64,000 bases of DNA from Xanthobacteraceae bacterium (GCA_023954195.1 JAMLIK010000001.1:1226628-1290627); one strand, 5' to 3'; positions 35,727 to 48,965 are shown, counted from the first letter of the stretch. A program made the numbers and translations. Notes: generated from the sequence alone by a model not told the origin.

Positions 35727-35888
35727 TTATAATATTTGAATGTTAGGTACAAGCGCCATGAGGAACCTTGAGCAGGCTCAAGTGATCCACAGCGATCGGT
35801 GCCTAGAGTCATAAGGCCCCGGTCGGCAGAAGCAAGACGCCAACGCCGCCGGCGGACACCGGCGACAAGCCTCGAACGGAGGAATGCC

Positions 35889-37181
35889 ATGTCTCATATC
35901 GTGGTTCTCGGCGCGGGTCTGGGTGGACTTCTGATGGCCTACGAGATGAAAGCCCGTCTCGAAAAAGGCGATCACCTGACCGTCATCAATCGCGGCTCGA
36001 CCTATTCCTTCGTGCCGTCGAATCCATGGGTCGCCGTCGGCTGGCGGCAGCCGGACGACATCGTCGTCGATCTCGGGCCGGTGCTGAGGTCGCGCGGCAT
36101 CACCTTGCGGCCGGAGGGCGCCAAGCGCGTCGATCCGAACCACAACCGCATCGAACTCGATGACGGCACGATGATCGACTACGATTATCTGATCGTCGCC
36201 ACCGGGCCTGACCTCGCCTTCGACGAAATTCCCGGCTTCGGCCCGGACGGCCATACCCAGTCGGTCTGCCAGACCGATCACGCCCTCGCCGCCAAGACGG
36301 CATTCGACAAGCTCGTCAAGGCGCCGGGACCGGTGGTGATCGGCGCGGCGCAGGGCGCGTCCTGTTATGGCCCGGCCTACGAATTCGCCTTCATTCTCGA
36401 AACCGCGCTGCGCAACGCCCGCGTCCGCGACCGGGTGCCGATGACCTTCGTGACGCCCGAACCCTATATCGGCCATCTCGGCCTCGACGGCGTCGGCGAC
36501 ACCAAGGGGCTGATCGAAAGCGCGATGCGCGAGCGCCATATCAAGTGGATCACCAACGCCCGCACCACCAGGGTCGAGGCCGGCAAGCTCCACGTCGAGG
36601 AAGTCAACGACGACGGCTCGGTGAAGGCCGTCCACGAACTGCCGTTCGCGTTCTCGATGCTGCTGCCGGCCTTCCGTGGCGTATCGGCCGTCGCCGGCAT
36701 CGAGGGGCTGACCAATCCGCGCGGCTTCATCATCATCGACAAGCATCAGCGCAATCCGACGTTCCCGAACATCTTCGGCATCGGCGTCTGCGTCGCCATC
36801 CCGCCGGTCGGCAAGACCCCGCTGGCGGTCGGCGTGCCGAAGACCGGCTTCATGATCGAATCGATGGCCACCGCCACCGCCGAGAACATCGCCGCGCTAT
36901 TGAAGGGCGAGACGCCGAAGGCGGTCGCGACCTGGAACGCGGTGTGCCTCGCCGATTTCGGCGATGACGGCATCGCTTTCGTGGCGCAGCCGCAGATCCC
37001 GCCGCGCAACGTCAACTGGTCGTCCCAGGGCTATTGGGTCCATGCCGCCAAGGTCGGATTCGAGAAGTATTTCCTGCGCAAGATCCGGCAGGGCAAGGCC
37101 GACACCTTCTACGAAAATCTCGTCCTCGACATGCTCGGCATCAAGAAGCTGAAGGATATCCACCTGGAGGCGGCGGACTAG
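35889..37181 (+). CDS. sqr: Type I sulfide:quinone oxidoreductase
   Basis: ATG at 35889 after GGAGG. Colinear by eye with Acidithiobacillus/Rhodobacter SQR (IVVLGAGLGG; FVPSNPWV). The three conserved Cys are present (SVCQTD, GASCYGP, AVCLADFG). Confidence 0.9.
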   Translation: MSHIVVLGAGLGGLLMAYEMKARLEKGDHLTVINRGSTYSFVPSNPWVAVGWRQPDDIVVDLGPVLRSRGITLRPEGAKRVDPNHNRIELDDGTMIDYDYLIVATGPDLAFDEIPGFGPDGHTQSVCQTDHALAAKTAFDKLVKAPGPVVIGAAQGASCYGPAYEFAFILETALRNARVRDRVPMTFVTPEPYIGHLGLDGVGDTKGLIESAMRERHIKWITNARTTRVEAGKLHVEEVNDDGSVKAVHELPFAFSMLLPAFRGVSAVAGIEGLTNPRGFIIIDKHQRNPTFPNIFGIGVCVAIPPVGKTPLAVGVPKTGFMIESMATATAENIAALLKGETPKAVATWNAVCLADFGDDGIAFVAQPQIPPRNVNWSSQGYWVHAAKVGFEKYFLRKIRQGKADTFYENLVLDMLGIKKLKDIHLEAAD

Positions 37182-37210
37182 CCGCTCCGCTAACCGAAAA
37201 GGAGAAGACA

Positions 37211-37414
37211 ATGACGATCGATCGCGCGGTGATGTTTTTCGCCGGTTTCATGGTGCTCGCCTCGCTGGCGCTCGCCTTCTACGTGTCGCCGTGGTGGTAT
37301 CTGCTCACGGCCTTCGTCGGGCTCAACCTGATGCAGGCGTCGATCACCGGCTTCTGCCCGGCGGCGATGATTTTCCGCAAGCTCGGCTGCCGCGCCGGCA
37401 TGGCGTTCAAGTAA
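37211..37414 (+). CDS. DUF2892 (YgaP C-terminal-type) small membrane protein
   Basis: 67 aa from ATG at 37211 after GGAGAAG. Two transmembrane helices and the conserved GFCP motif (QASITGFCPAAMIFRKLG). Confidence 0.75.
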   Translation: MTIDRAVMFFAGFMVLASLALAFYVSPWWYLLTAFVGLNLMQASITGFCPAAMIFRKLGCRAGMAFK

Positions 37415-37482
37415 CAATCCGTATCGTGACGGCGCGACGGCCGGGTCATCCCCCGCCGTCGCCGATGAAAGCTGAGAGTCTC

Positions 37483-38492
37483 ATGTCCAGACTGATGTCG
37501 CCCATGCTGGCGGTGATCCTCGCCGCGACGCCGATTGTGAGCGTCGCGCCGGCGCGCGCCGCTGAATTCGTGGTCCGGGCGATCACCATTCCCGAGATGA
37601 AGGCGGTGTTCGGCCAGGTCGAAAGCCGCATCGTGGTGCCGGCGCGCGCGCGCATCGGCGGCTCGGTGCGCGAATTGCGCGTCACGCAAGGCGATCAGGT
37701 CCGCGAGGGACAGGCGCTTGCCGTCGTCGTCGACGACAAGCTCAAACTACAACTCAATGCCGCCGACGCCAAGATCGAGGCGCTCAACTCGCAACTCGAC
37801 AACGCGCGGATCCAGTTGGATCGGGCGCAGCAGCTTCGCGCCACCGGCACCGGCACGCAGGCCAGCCTCGATCAGGCGCGCATGCAGTTCGAGGTCGCGA
37901 CCAATCAGGTCGCCGCCGCGAAAGCCGAGAAGACCGTGATCGAGCAGAGCGCGCGCGAGGGCACCGTGGTCGCGCCGGCGGCGGGCCGCGTGCTCACCGT
38001 GCCGGTGACGATCGGCTCCGTGGTGATGCCCGGCGAGGAGATCGCCCGCGTGGCGCCGGGGCCGTATTATCTACGGCTGTCGCTGCCGGAGCGCCATGCC
38101 AGCGAAATCAGGCAAGGCGCGGACGTGATCGTCGGCGCTCGCGGCCTGGCCAACGGGTCCGGCGCGATCGCCGCCACGCATCGCGGCCGCATCGCCAAGG
38201 TCTATCCGGAGATTGTCGACGGGCGCGTGATCGCCGACGTCGAGGTCGAGGGCATCGGCGATTACTTTGTCAACGAACGCACGCTGGTGTCGATCCCGGT
38301 CGGCCGGCGCACGGCGCTCGCGGTGCCGTCGGCGGCGATCCGGACCCGGCACGGCATCGACTATGTGCGGGTCGCGGGCGACGGCGGCGCGATGGATGTC
38401 GCCGTCATCCTCGGTGAAACCTTCGCCGACAACGGCGAGACGCGGATCGAAATTCTCACCGGCCTGCATGACGGCGACCGGATCGTGCTGCC

Positions 38493-38496
<4 letters not shown>
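37483..38496 (+). CDS. RND efflux periplasmic adaptor (membrane fusion protein, HlyD family)
   Basis: ATG at 37483; alternative at 37465. Signal peptide MSRLMSPMLAVILAATPIVSVAPARA, lipoyl/coiled-coil/beta-barrel pattern. Stop overlaps the RND start (ATGA). Confidence 0.8.
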
Positions 38497-41735
<3,239 letters not shown>

Positions 41736-41899
41736 ACCGGCCCCCTCACGGCATCGCCACGCGTCCCGATCGGGATGGCTGGAAGGCACCCCCTCGTTCG
41801 CGTTCGCACTGCAAAATCGTCCGCATTTCACCATCCGCCCGGATCCTACAACCTGCGCGCGACCGGCTCGAAATTGATTTTGCGAGGACATTTCACTCT

Positions 41900-41913
41900 T
41901 TGATCTTGCGCAA
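41900..41913 (+). promoter_or_regulatory. FixK/FNR-type box upstream of ccoN
   Basis: TTGATCTTGCGCAA keeps the TTG-N8-CAA core about 97 nt before the ccoN ATG. A degenerate copy, TTGATTTTGCGAGG, lies 26 bp upstream at 41874-41887. Confidence 0.6.
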
Positions 41914-42009
41914 GTAGCGAACCTCCATCATGCCTATAACGGCTCTAAATCTGGTGCGCGCGCGCCGGGCCGCGCTGGCTATTGCGAATTTGTATCGGGG
42001 GATTACTTC

Positions 42010-43632
42010 ATGAAATTCGGCTCGGGGATCATCCTCGCGGGAGGACTGTGGTACGTCGCGGTCATGGGCGCCGCCTTTGCCGTCGACGAGCCGTTCCGGC
42101 AGCACATGTGGATCGCGGCTTTCGTGCTCGCGGCCTTCACCATCGCCCTGATGCGGAAGACCAGTTTCGAGCCGCAGCCACCCGTCGACGACAATACCTA
42201 TATGGACGAGCCGATCCGCTACGGCGTGATCGCCACGGTGTTCTGGGGCGTCGTCGGCTTTCTCGTCGGCGTCGTCATCGCCATCCAGCTCGCCTTTCCC
42301 GACCTCAACTTCGAGCCCTGGCTGAATTTCGGCCGCGCGCGCCCGCTGCATACCTCGGCGGTGATCTTCGCGTTCGGCGGCAACGCGCTGATCGCCACCT
42401 CCTTCTACGTCGTGCAGCGTACCTGCCGCGCCCGGCTGTTCGGCGGCGACATGGTCTGGTTCGTGTTCTGGGGCTACCAGTTCTTCATCATCATGGCGGC
42501 GACCGGATACCTGCTCGGCATCACCCAGTCGCGCGAATACGCCGAACCCGAATGGTACGTCGACCTGTGGCTGACGATCGTCTGGGTTGTCTATCTCGTC
42601 GTGTTCATGGGGACGCTGCTGCGCCGGCGGGAGCCGCACATCTACGTCGCCAACTGGTTCTACCTGTCCTTCATCATCACCATCGCGATGCTGCATGTCA
42701 TCAACAACCTGGCGATACCGATCTCCTTCGCCGGGTCGAAAAGCTACTCGGCGTTCTCGGGCGTGCAGGATGCGGTGACGCAGTGGTGGTACGGCCATAA
42801 CGCGGTGGCGTTCTTCCTCACCGTGCCGTTCCTCGCCATGATGTACTATTTCGTCCCGAAGCAGGTGGACCGGCCGATCTATTCCTATCGCCTGTCCATC
42901 GTTCACTTCTGGTCGATCATCTTCCTGTATATCTGGGCCGGCCCGCACCACCTGCACTACACCGCCGTGCCCGACTGGGCGCAGACGCTCGGCATGGTGT
43001 TCTCGATCATGCTGTGGATGCCGTCCTGGGGTGGCATGATCAACGGCCTGATGACGCTGTCCGGAAGATGGGACGCCATCAGAACCGATCCGATCGTTCG
43101 CCTGATGGTCGCCGCCATGGCCTTCTACGGCATGGCCACCTTCGAAGGCCCGATGCTGTCGATCAAGTCGGTCAACTCGCTGTCGCACTATACCGACTGG
43201 ACCATCGCCCATGTCCATGCCGGCGCGCTGGGATGGAACGGCATGATTACGTTCGCCGCCGTCTACTTCCTCGCGCCGCGGCTGTGGGGACGTGAACGCC
43301 TCTATTCGATCCGCATGGTCAACTGGCACTTCTGGCTGGCGACGCTCGGCATCGTGCTCTACGCCTCGTCGATGTGGGTGTCGGGTATCATGCAGGGGCT
43401 GATGTGGCGCGAATACGATGAGCAGGGCTTCCTGGTCTACTCGTTCGCGGAAACCGTCGCCGCCATGCATCCCTATTACGTGATGCGCGTGTCGGGCGGA
43501 CTGTTCTACCTCGCCGGCGGCTTCCTGATGGCCTGGAACGTCTACCAGACCATCCGCGGCCGCGTCCGCAACGAAACGCCCATGGGCATGGCGCTGCCGC
43601 CGCGCGGCGCGGCCATGCAGCCTGCCCAGTAA
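42010..43632 (+). CDS. ccoN: cbb3-type cytochrome c oxidase subunit I
   Basis: 540 aa polytopic protein. FixN/CcoN motifs ([27 protein letters not shown]; [13 protein letters not shown]; HHLHYT). Confidence 0.95.
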   Translation: MKFGSGIILAGGLWYVAVMGAAFAVDEPFRQHMWIAAFVLAAFTIALMRKTSFEPQPPVDDNTYMDEPIRYGVIATVFWGVVGFLVGVVIAIQLAFPDLNFEPWLNFGRARPLHTSAVIFAFGGNALIATSFYVVQRTCRARLFGGDMVWFVFWGYQFFIIMAATGYLLGITQSREYAEPEWYVDLWLTIVWVVYLVVFMGTLLRRREPHIYVANWFYLSFIITIAMLHVINNLAIPISFAGSKSYSAFSGVQDAVTQWWYGHNAVAFFLTVPFLAMMYYFVPKQVDRPIYSYRLSIVHFWSIIFLYIWAGPHHLHYTAVPDWAQTLGMVFSIMLWMPSWGGMINGLMTLSGRWDAIRTDPIVRLMVAAMAFYGMATFEGPMLSIKSVNSLSHYTDWTIAHVHAGALGWNGMITFAAVYFLAPRLWGRERLYSIRMVNWHFWLATLGIVLYASSMWVSGIMQGLMWREYDEQGFLVYSFAETVAAMHPYYVMRVSGGLFYLAGGFLMAWNVYQTIRGRVRNETPMGMALPPRGAAMQPAQ

Positions 43633-43644
43633 GGAGCGCCCTCC

Positions 43645-44376
43645 ATGTCCTTTCTGAACAATCACACCAAGCTCGAAAAGAGCGCGACCTGGCTGTTGAT
43701 CGCCTCGCTCGCCGTGGTCACGGTCGGCGGCATCGTCGAGATCGCGCCGCTGTTCTATCTCCAGAACACCATCGAAAAGGTGGAGGGCATGCGCCCCTAC
43801 ACCCCGCTTGAGCTGGCCGGGCGCGACATCTACGTCCGCGAGGGCTGCTACACCTGCCACTCGCAGATGATCCGGCCGTTCCGCGACGAGGTCGAGCGCT
43901 ACGGTCACTACAGCCTCGCGGCGGAATCGATGTACGATCATTCCTTTCAATGGGGATCGAAGCGAACCGGTCCCGACCTTGCGCGCGTCGGGCAGCGCTA
44001 TTCGAACGAGTGGCACGTCCAGCATCTGATCGCGCCGCGCTCGGTGGTGCCTGAATCGGTGATGCCGAACTACGCCTTCCTGAAGGATACGCCGCTCGAC
44101 GTGAACACGGCTTCGATGAAGCTGACGGCCAACCGCCGGGTCGGCGTTCCCTATACCGACGAGATGATCGCCAACGCCACCGCCGACATGCGGGCGCAGG
44201 CCAATCCGGAAGCCGACACCAAGGGGCTGGAAACCCGCTACCCCAAGGTCAAGGTCGGCAATTTCGACGGCGACAAGACCACGCTGACGGAAATGGATGC
44301 GCTGGTGGCCTATCTCCAGATGCTCGGCACGCTGGTCGATTTCTCGACCTACGACGAATCCGCCGGCTATCGCTGA
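43645..44376 (+). CDS. ccoO: cbb3-type cytochrome c oxidase subunit II (monoheme)
   Basis: 243 aa with AAGGAG RBS. N-terminal anchor and CYTCH heme-binding site ([14 protein letters not shown]). Confidence 0.95.
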   Translation: MSFLNNHTKLEKSATWLLIASLAVVTVGGIVEIAPLFYLQNTIEKVEGMRPYTPLELAGRDIYVREGCYTCHSQMIRPFRDEVERYGHYSLAAESMYDHSFQWGSKRTGPDLARVGQRYSNEWHVQHLIAPRSVVPESVMPNYAFLKDTPLDVNTASMKLTANRRVGVPYTDEMIANATADMRAQANPEADTKGLETRYPKVKVGNFDGDKTTLTEMDALVAYLQMLGTLVDFSTYDESAGYR

Positions 44377-44386
44377 GGAGGACGTG

Positions 44387-44539
44387 ATGGAAGTCTACAC
44401 CGCCATGCGTCATTTCGCCGACAGTTGGGGCTTGCTGGCCATGACCCTGTTCTTCATCGGCGCCATTCTTTTCGCGTTCCGTCCCGGCAGCCGCTCCCTC
44501 GCCGACGAAGCCGCCCGCATTCCTCTCAAGGACGACTGA
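44387..44539 (+). CDS. ccoQ: cbb3-type oxidase small subunit
   Basis: 50 aa from ATG at 44387 after GAGGAGGA. One transmembrane segment (WGLLAMTLFFIGAILFAF). Canonical position between ccoO and ccoP. Confidence 0.8.
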   Translation: MEVYTAMRHFADSWGLLAMTLFFIGAILFAFRPGSRSLADEAARIPLKDD

Positions 44540-44540
44540 C

Positions 44541-45410
44541 ATGAGCGACAAGCACATCGACGAGTTTTCCGGCGTCTCCACCACCGGACACGAATGGGAC
44601 GGCATCCGGGAACTCGACAATCCGATGCCGCGCTGGTGGCTCATCATCTATTACGCGACGATCGTGTGGGCGGTGCTGTACATGATCGCCTATCCGGCGT
44701 GGCCGCTGGTACGCGAGTCGACGCGGGGGCTGCTCGGCTATTCCAGCCGCAGCGAAATGCGGGCGGAACTGGCCGCGGCGAACGCGGCCAAGGCCAACTA
44801 CATCGCCGCGATCGGCTCCAAGAGCGTCAAGGAAATCCTTGCCGACGACAAGCTGCGGACCTTCGCGGCCGCGGCGGGAGCGGCCGCGTTCAAGGTGAAC
44901 TGCGTGCAGTGTCACGGCTCCGGCGCGCAGGGCTCGCCGAGCTATCCGAACCTCAACGACGACGACTGGCTGTGGGGCGGCAGCCCCGAGGCGATCCAGC
45001 AGACCATCACGCACGGCATCCGCTATGCGGAGGACCCCAACACCCGGACTTCGGAAATGCCGTCGTTCAGCGGATTGCTTCAGCCGAAGGAAATCATCCA
45101 GGTCGCCGCCTTCGTCGCCTCGCTGTCGAACAAGGCTGAAGGCGCCAGCGCCGCGGACATCGCCGCCGGCAAGGAGATTTTCGCGCAGAATTGCGCCTCC
45201 TGCCACGGCGACAACGGCAAGGGCAACCGTGAATTCGGCGCGCCGAACCTGACGGACGCCATCTGGCTTTACGGATCGACACCGGCGGCGATCGCCGCGC
45301 AGGTGCGGTCGCCGCGACACGGCGTCATGCCGGCCTGGGGCGTGCGTCTCGGGGATACCACGGTCAAGGAATTGACGGTGTATGTCCATTCGCTCGGTGG
45401 CGGCGAGTAG
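44541..45410 (+). CDS. ccoP: cbb3-type cytochrome c oxidase subunit III (diheme)
   Basis: 289 aa with two CxxCH sites (CVQCHG, CASCHG). Begins 1 nt after the ccoQ stop. Confidence 0.95.
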   Translation: MSDKHIDEFSGVSTTGHEWDGIRELDNPMPRWWLIIYYATIVWAVLYMIAYPAWPLVRESTRGLLGYSSRSEMRAELAAANAAKANYIAAIGSKSVKEILADDKLRTFAAAAGAAAFKVNCVQCHGSGAQGSPSYPNLNDDDWLWGGSPEAIQQTITHGIRYAEDPNTRTSEMPSFSGLLQPKEIIQVAAFVASLSNKAEGASAADIAAGKEIFAQNCASCHGDNGKGNREFGAPNLTDAIWLYGSTPAAIAAQVRSPRHGVMPAWGVRLGDTTVKELTVYVHSLGGGE

Positions 45411-45540
45411 CCGGCCCGCGCCCCATCATGTCGCGAGGGTCCGGCGGCGCGCGGCCGACCTCGCGAGGGGCGCGCCCACCGGGCGTAGCGCGTAGCGAAT
45501 GAGCGGCGCTTCTCCGGAAGCTCCGCGGGAGACTGTGACT

Positions 45541-47100
45541 ATGTTGGAAGCCTCGGAAGTCGAGACGTTTGATGCCGCAGCGGTGAATTCCGCGCGCGTG
45601 CGCCAACCGCTCTATGCAGCCCGCAAGAAAATCTTCCCGAAAAGGGCCGAGGGCCGCTTCCGGCGTTTCAAGTGGATCGTGATGGCGATCACGCTCGGCA
45701 TCTATTATCTGACGCCGTGGCTGCGCTGGAACCGGGGCCCGTATGCGCCCGATCAGGGCGTGCTGATCGATCTCGCCAACCGGCGGTTCTACTTTTTCCC
45801 GATCGAGATCTGGCCGCAGGAATTCTATTTCGTCGCCGGCCTGCTGATTATGGCGGGGTTCGGGTTGTTCCTGGTGACCTCGACGGTCGGACGCGCCTGG
45901 TGCGGCTACACTTGTCCGCAAACGGTGTGGGTCGATCTGTTTCTCGTGGTGGAACGCGCCGTCGAGGGTGACCGCAACGCCCGCATCAAGCTCGATTCCG
46001 CGCCGTGGTCGGCCAGCAAGCTGTTCAAGCGGGTTTCCAAGCACGCGATCTGGCTGATGATCGCGGTGGCGACAGGGGGTGCCTGGATCTTTTACTTCGC
46101 CGACGCGCCGACATTGCTGCGCAACCTCGTCACCGGACAGGCCCCGGCGGTCGCCTACATCACCGTCGCGATCCTGACCGGCACCACTTACGTGTTCGGC
46201 GGGCTGATGCGCGAACAGGTCTGCACCTACATGTGCCCCTGGCCGCGGATTCAGGCGGCGATGCTGGACGAGAACTCGCTGACCGTCACCTATAACGACT
46301 GGCGCGGCGAGCCGCGCACGCGCCACGCCAAGAAGGCGGCGGCGGCGGGCCAGGCCGTCGGCGACTGCGTCGATTGCAACGCCTGCGTCGCGGTCTGCCC
46401 CATGGGCATCGACATTCGCGACGGCCAGCAACTCGAATGCATCACCTGCGCGCTGTGCATCGACGCCTGCGACGCGGTGATGGACAAGATCGGCAAGGAT
46501 CGCGGGTTGATCGCCTATGCGACGCTGGCGGAGTACCAGTCCAACATGGCGCTGGCGACGATGGACGGCACCGCCCCGATCGATCCGCGCCGGGTGCATG
46601 ACGCGAGCGGCAAGCTGTCGGACAAGATCTCCACGTTCCATCTGCGCAAGCTGCTGCGGCCGCGAACCCTGATCTATCTCGGGGCCTGGTCGCTGGTCGG
46701 CCTCGTCCTGATCTACGCCCTGCTGACGCGGGAGCGGTTGCAAGTCAACGTGCTGGCGGATCGCAATCCGCAGTTCGTCGTCCTCTCCGACGGCTCGATC
46801 CGCAACGGCTACACGGTGAAGCTCCTCAACATGATTCCCGAGCCGCGCACCATCATCGTGACCCTGCAAGGGTTGCCGGGCGCGGAAATGAGCGTGGTCG
46901 GCATGGATCACGTGGCCGACCGCTCCTTCGCCGTCGAGGTCGAGCCCGACCGGCTCAAGACGATCAAGGTCTATGTGCGCCAGCCGCGCGAGAACATCGC
47001 CGGCCCGTCGCAGCACTTCACCTTCGAGGTGAAGGACAAGGCGAGCCCCGAACAGGATCACTACACCGCGACGTTCGATGCACCGGATTTCAGCAAATGA
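45541..47100 (+). CDS. ccoG: cbb3 oxidase assembly ferredoxin-type membrane protein
   Basis: ATG at 45541 after GGGAG; the track starts at 45499. Cys clusters CGYTCPQ, CTYMCPWPR, CVDCNACVAVCP and CITCALCIDAC. Confidence 0.9.
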   Translation: MLEASEVETFDAAAVNSARVRQPLYAARKKIFPKRAEGRFRRFKWIVMAITLGIYYLTPWLRWNRGPYAPDQGVLIDLANRRFYFFPIEIWPQEFYFVAGLLIMAGFGLFLVTSTVGRAWCGYTCPQTVWVDLFLVVERAVEGDRNARIKLDSAPWSASKLFKRVSKHAIWLMIAVATGGAWIFYFADAPTLLRNLVTGQAPAVAYITVAILTGTTYVFGGLMREQVCTYMCPWPRIQAAMLDENSLTVTYNDWRGEPRTRHAKKAAAAGQAVGDCVDCNACVAVCPMGIDIRDGQQLECITCALCIDACDAVMDKIGKDRGLIAYATLAEYQSNMALATMDGTAPIDPRRVHDASGKLSDKISTFHLRKLLRPRTLIYLGAWSLVGLVLIYALLTRERLQVNVLADRNPQFVVLSDGSIRNGYTVKLLNMIPEPRTIIVTLQGLPGAEMSVVGMDHVADRSFAVEVEPDRLKTIKVYVRQPRENIAGPSQHFTFEVKDKASPEQDHYTATFDAPDFSK

Positions 47101-47594
47101 GCACAATGGGCAGAACCCGCGAATTCACCGGCTGGCACATGCTGGCCATCATGGTGTCCTTCTTCTCGGTCGTCATCGCCGTGAACCTGACGATGGCGTT
47201 CCTCGCCAGTTCGAGCTGGACCGGGTTCGTGGTCGAAAACACCTATGTGGCGAGCCAGAAATTCAACCAGAAGGCGGCGGAGGGCCGCGCGCAGGCGGCG
47301 CTGGGCTGGACGTCGAAGCTCGCCATCGCCGACGGCAGGGTCAGCTACCGGCTGACCGACAAGGCCGGCAACGTGGTGGCCGCGAAGCAAGGGACCGCGA
47401 ATTTTCGCCGGCCCGCCTATGCCGCCGAGGATCTGAGCGTCGTCCTGACGCCGCAACCGGACGGCGCCCTGGCCGCGCCGGTCGCCGCGCATGACGGTCT
47501 ATGGATCGTCGAGATCGATATCGACGTCGGCGGCCTCCCCCGCCCCTATCGCGATGTCCGGCGGCTGACCTTGCGCGGCGGGCGTCTTCAGTAA
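47097..47594 (+). CDS. ccoH: FixH/CcoH cbb3 assembly protein
   Basis: 165 aa. Start overlaps the ccoG stop (ATGA). FixH N-terminus REFTGWHMLAIMVSFFSVVIAVNLTMAFLA. Confidence 0.85.
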   Translation: MSTMGRTREFTGWHMLAIMVSFFSVVIAVNLTMAFLASSSWTGFVVENTYVASQKFNQKAAEGRAQAALGWTSKLAIADGRVSYRLTDKAGNVVAAKQGTANFRRPAYAAEDLSVVLTPQPDGALAAPVAAHDGLWIVEIDIDVGGLPRPYRDVRRLTLRGGRLQ

Positions 47595-47598
47595 CGGC

Positions 47599-47638
47599 GC
47601 GAATCGCGGCCGCCGCCCCGGCGGTCGCCGCGATTCGC
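47599..47638 (+). terminator. Strong GC-rich hairpin ending the ccoGH transcription unit
   Basis: Perfect 12-bp arms GCGAATCGCGGC / GCCGCGATTCGC with a 16-nt loop that can itself pair. No clean U-tract, so terminator function is inferred. Confidence 0.5.
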
Positions 47639-47673
47639 TGCAAAATGTCGCGTCGCCGATCCGCGGTTTCAAC

Positions 47674-47689
47674 ATTCAAATTTTCGAAT
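47674..47689. promoter_or_regulatory. Second ATTC-N8-GAAT palindrome in a ~45-bp AT-rich island upstream of the ABC exporter operon
   Basis: ATTCaaattttcGAAT read directly, followed by the imperfect inverted repeat TTCGAATATAgtATATATTGAA. Lies about 95 nt before the adaptor-gene ATG at 47784. Confidence 0.45.
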
Positions 47690-47783
47690 ATAGTATATAT
47701 TGAATATATCGGGCGACGAAACCTCGACGAGGTCGCGCCGCCATGCTCCCCGTCGAAGCCTCATCCGGGCGAAAGCGAATAAA

Positions 47784-48965
47784 ATGCGTGTCCCCGCCAT
47801 CCTCCGCAAGCCGCCCGTGGCCTATTCGCTGGTGGCGGCCGGCATCGCCGCCGTCATCGCGGTCGCCGCCTTCGCCTACGCCAATGCTCCGATTCATGTG
47901 CAGACCGCCGCGATCGAGCGCAATGTTCCAGTCCGGGTGTTCGGCCTCGGAACGGTCGAAGCCCGCGTTCTGTCGAAGATCGGCTTCGAGGTCGGCGCGA
48001 CCCTGACCGAGCTTCACGCCGATCACGGCGACCGCGTCGGCAAGGGGCAGGTGCTGGCCCGGCTCAACACCGGCGAGCAGGAGGCCAAGGTCGCCAAGGC
48101 CCGCGCCGCGCGGCTGATCGCAGAGGTCAACATCACCAAGGCCGAGGCCAACCTGGAGAAGGCCCGCGCCGTCTTCGTCCAGAAGCAGGAGACCAACCGG
48201 CGCAAGCAGGCACTGGCCGGTCGTGACGTCGTCTCCCTTCAGGCCGCCGAGGAAGCCGTTCGCGACGAGGCGGTCGCCAAGGCCGACGTCGCGGTGGCGG
48301 CAAGCGAGACCGCGAGCGCCAGGGCGCAACTGACCGACGCCATTGCCCAGTCGTCCTATGAGGAAACCATGTTGCGGCACCGGACGCTGGTCGCGCCCTT
48401 CGACGCGATGGTGATCGAGCGCCACAAGGAGCCGGGCTCCGTTATCAAGGCCGGCGATCCGATCTTCACGCTCGTCGCCATCGGCAGCTATTGGGGCCTT
48501 GCGCATATCGACGAGGCACGCGCCGGCTTCATCGAGGTCGGGCAACCGGTCGAGGCGCGCCTGCGCTCGCGGCCGCTGGAAACCTTCACCGGCCGCGTGG
48601 TCCGCATCGGGCTCGAAAGCGACCGGGTCACCGAGGAGCGGCGGGTCTATCTCAAGGGCGAGAACCCGCCCGTCAGCGTCTATCTCGGCGAACAGGTCGA
48701 GTTCTGGATTACGGTGGCGCGGCTCGACGCCGCGCTGCTGGTGCCGTCGGCCGCCGTGCATGGCTATGACGGCCGCCAAGGCACGGTATGGACGGTCGAG
48801 GACGGCCGTCTGCGTCGCCGCCCGGTCCAGTTCCGCCACCGCACCGAGGATTCCCGCGTCGAGATCAGCGGCGGGCTGCCGGCGGATGCCCGCGTCGTCG
48901 TCCGTCTGGAACGCGGCCTGCGCGAAGGCCGCGCGGCGCGCGCAGCCGAGGCGACATCGCCATGA
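47784..48965 (+). CDS. HlyD/DevB/MacA-type periplasmic adaptor of an ABC exporter
   Basis: ATG at 47784. N-terminal anchor (VAYSLVAAGIAAVIAVAAFAYA), long coiled-coil hairpin and beta-barrel domain. Stop overlaps the permease start. Confidence 0.8.
   Translation: MRVPAILRKPPVAYSLVAAGIAAVIAVAAFAYANAPIHVQTAAIERNVPVRVFGLGTVEARVLSKIGFEVGATLTELHADHGDRVGKGQVLARLNTGEQEAKVAKARAARLIAEVNITKAEANLEKARAVFVQKQETNRRKQALAGRDVVSLQAAEEAVRDEAVAKADVAVAASETASARAQLTDAIAQSSYEETMLRHRTLVAPFDAMVIERHKEPGSVIKAGDPIFTLVAIGSYWGLAHIDEARAGFIEVGQPVEARLRSRPLETFTGRVVRIGLESDRVTEERRVYLKGENPPVSVYLGEQVEFWITVARLDAALLVPSAAVHGYDGRQGTVWTVEDGRLRRRPVQFRHRTEDSRVEISGGLPADARVVVRLERGLREGRAARAAEATSP

Noticed and set aside
41893-44025. 710-aa ORF on the minus strand, the longest of several such ORFs.
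   Set aside because: It is entirely antisense to the unmistakable ccoN/ccoO genes. Its composition is dominated by R, G, A, D and H, as expected for an off-frame in 65% GC DNA. It has no start context or recognisable motif.
45431-45476. GC-rich hairpin TCGCGAGG...CCTCGCGA between ccoP and ccoG, considered as a terminator.
   Set aside because: It has no U-tract, and ccoG needs expression with ccoNOQP. It is more likely an mRNA stability or processing element, and function cannot be assigned from sequence.
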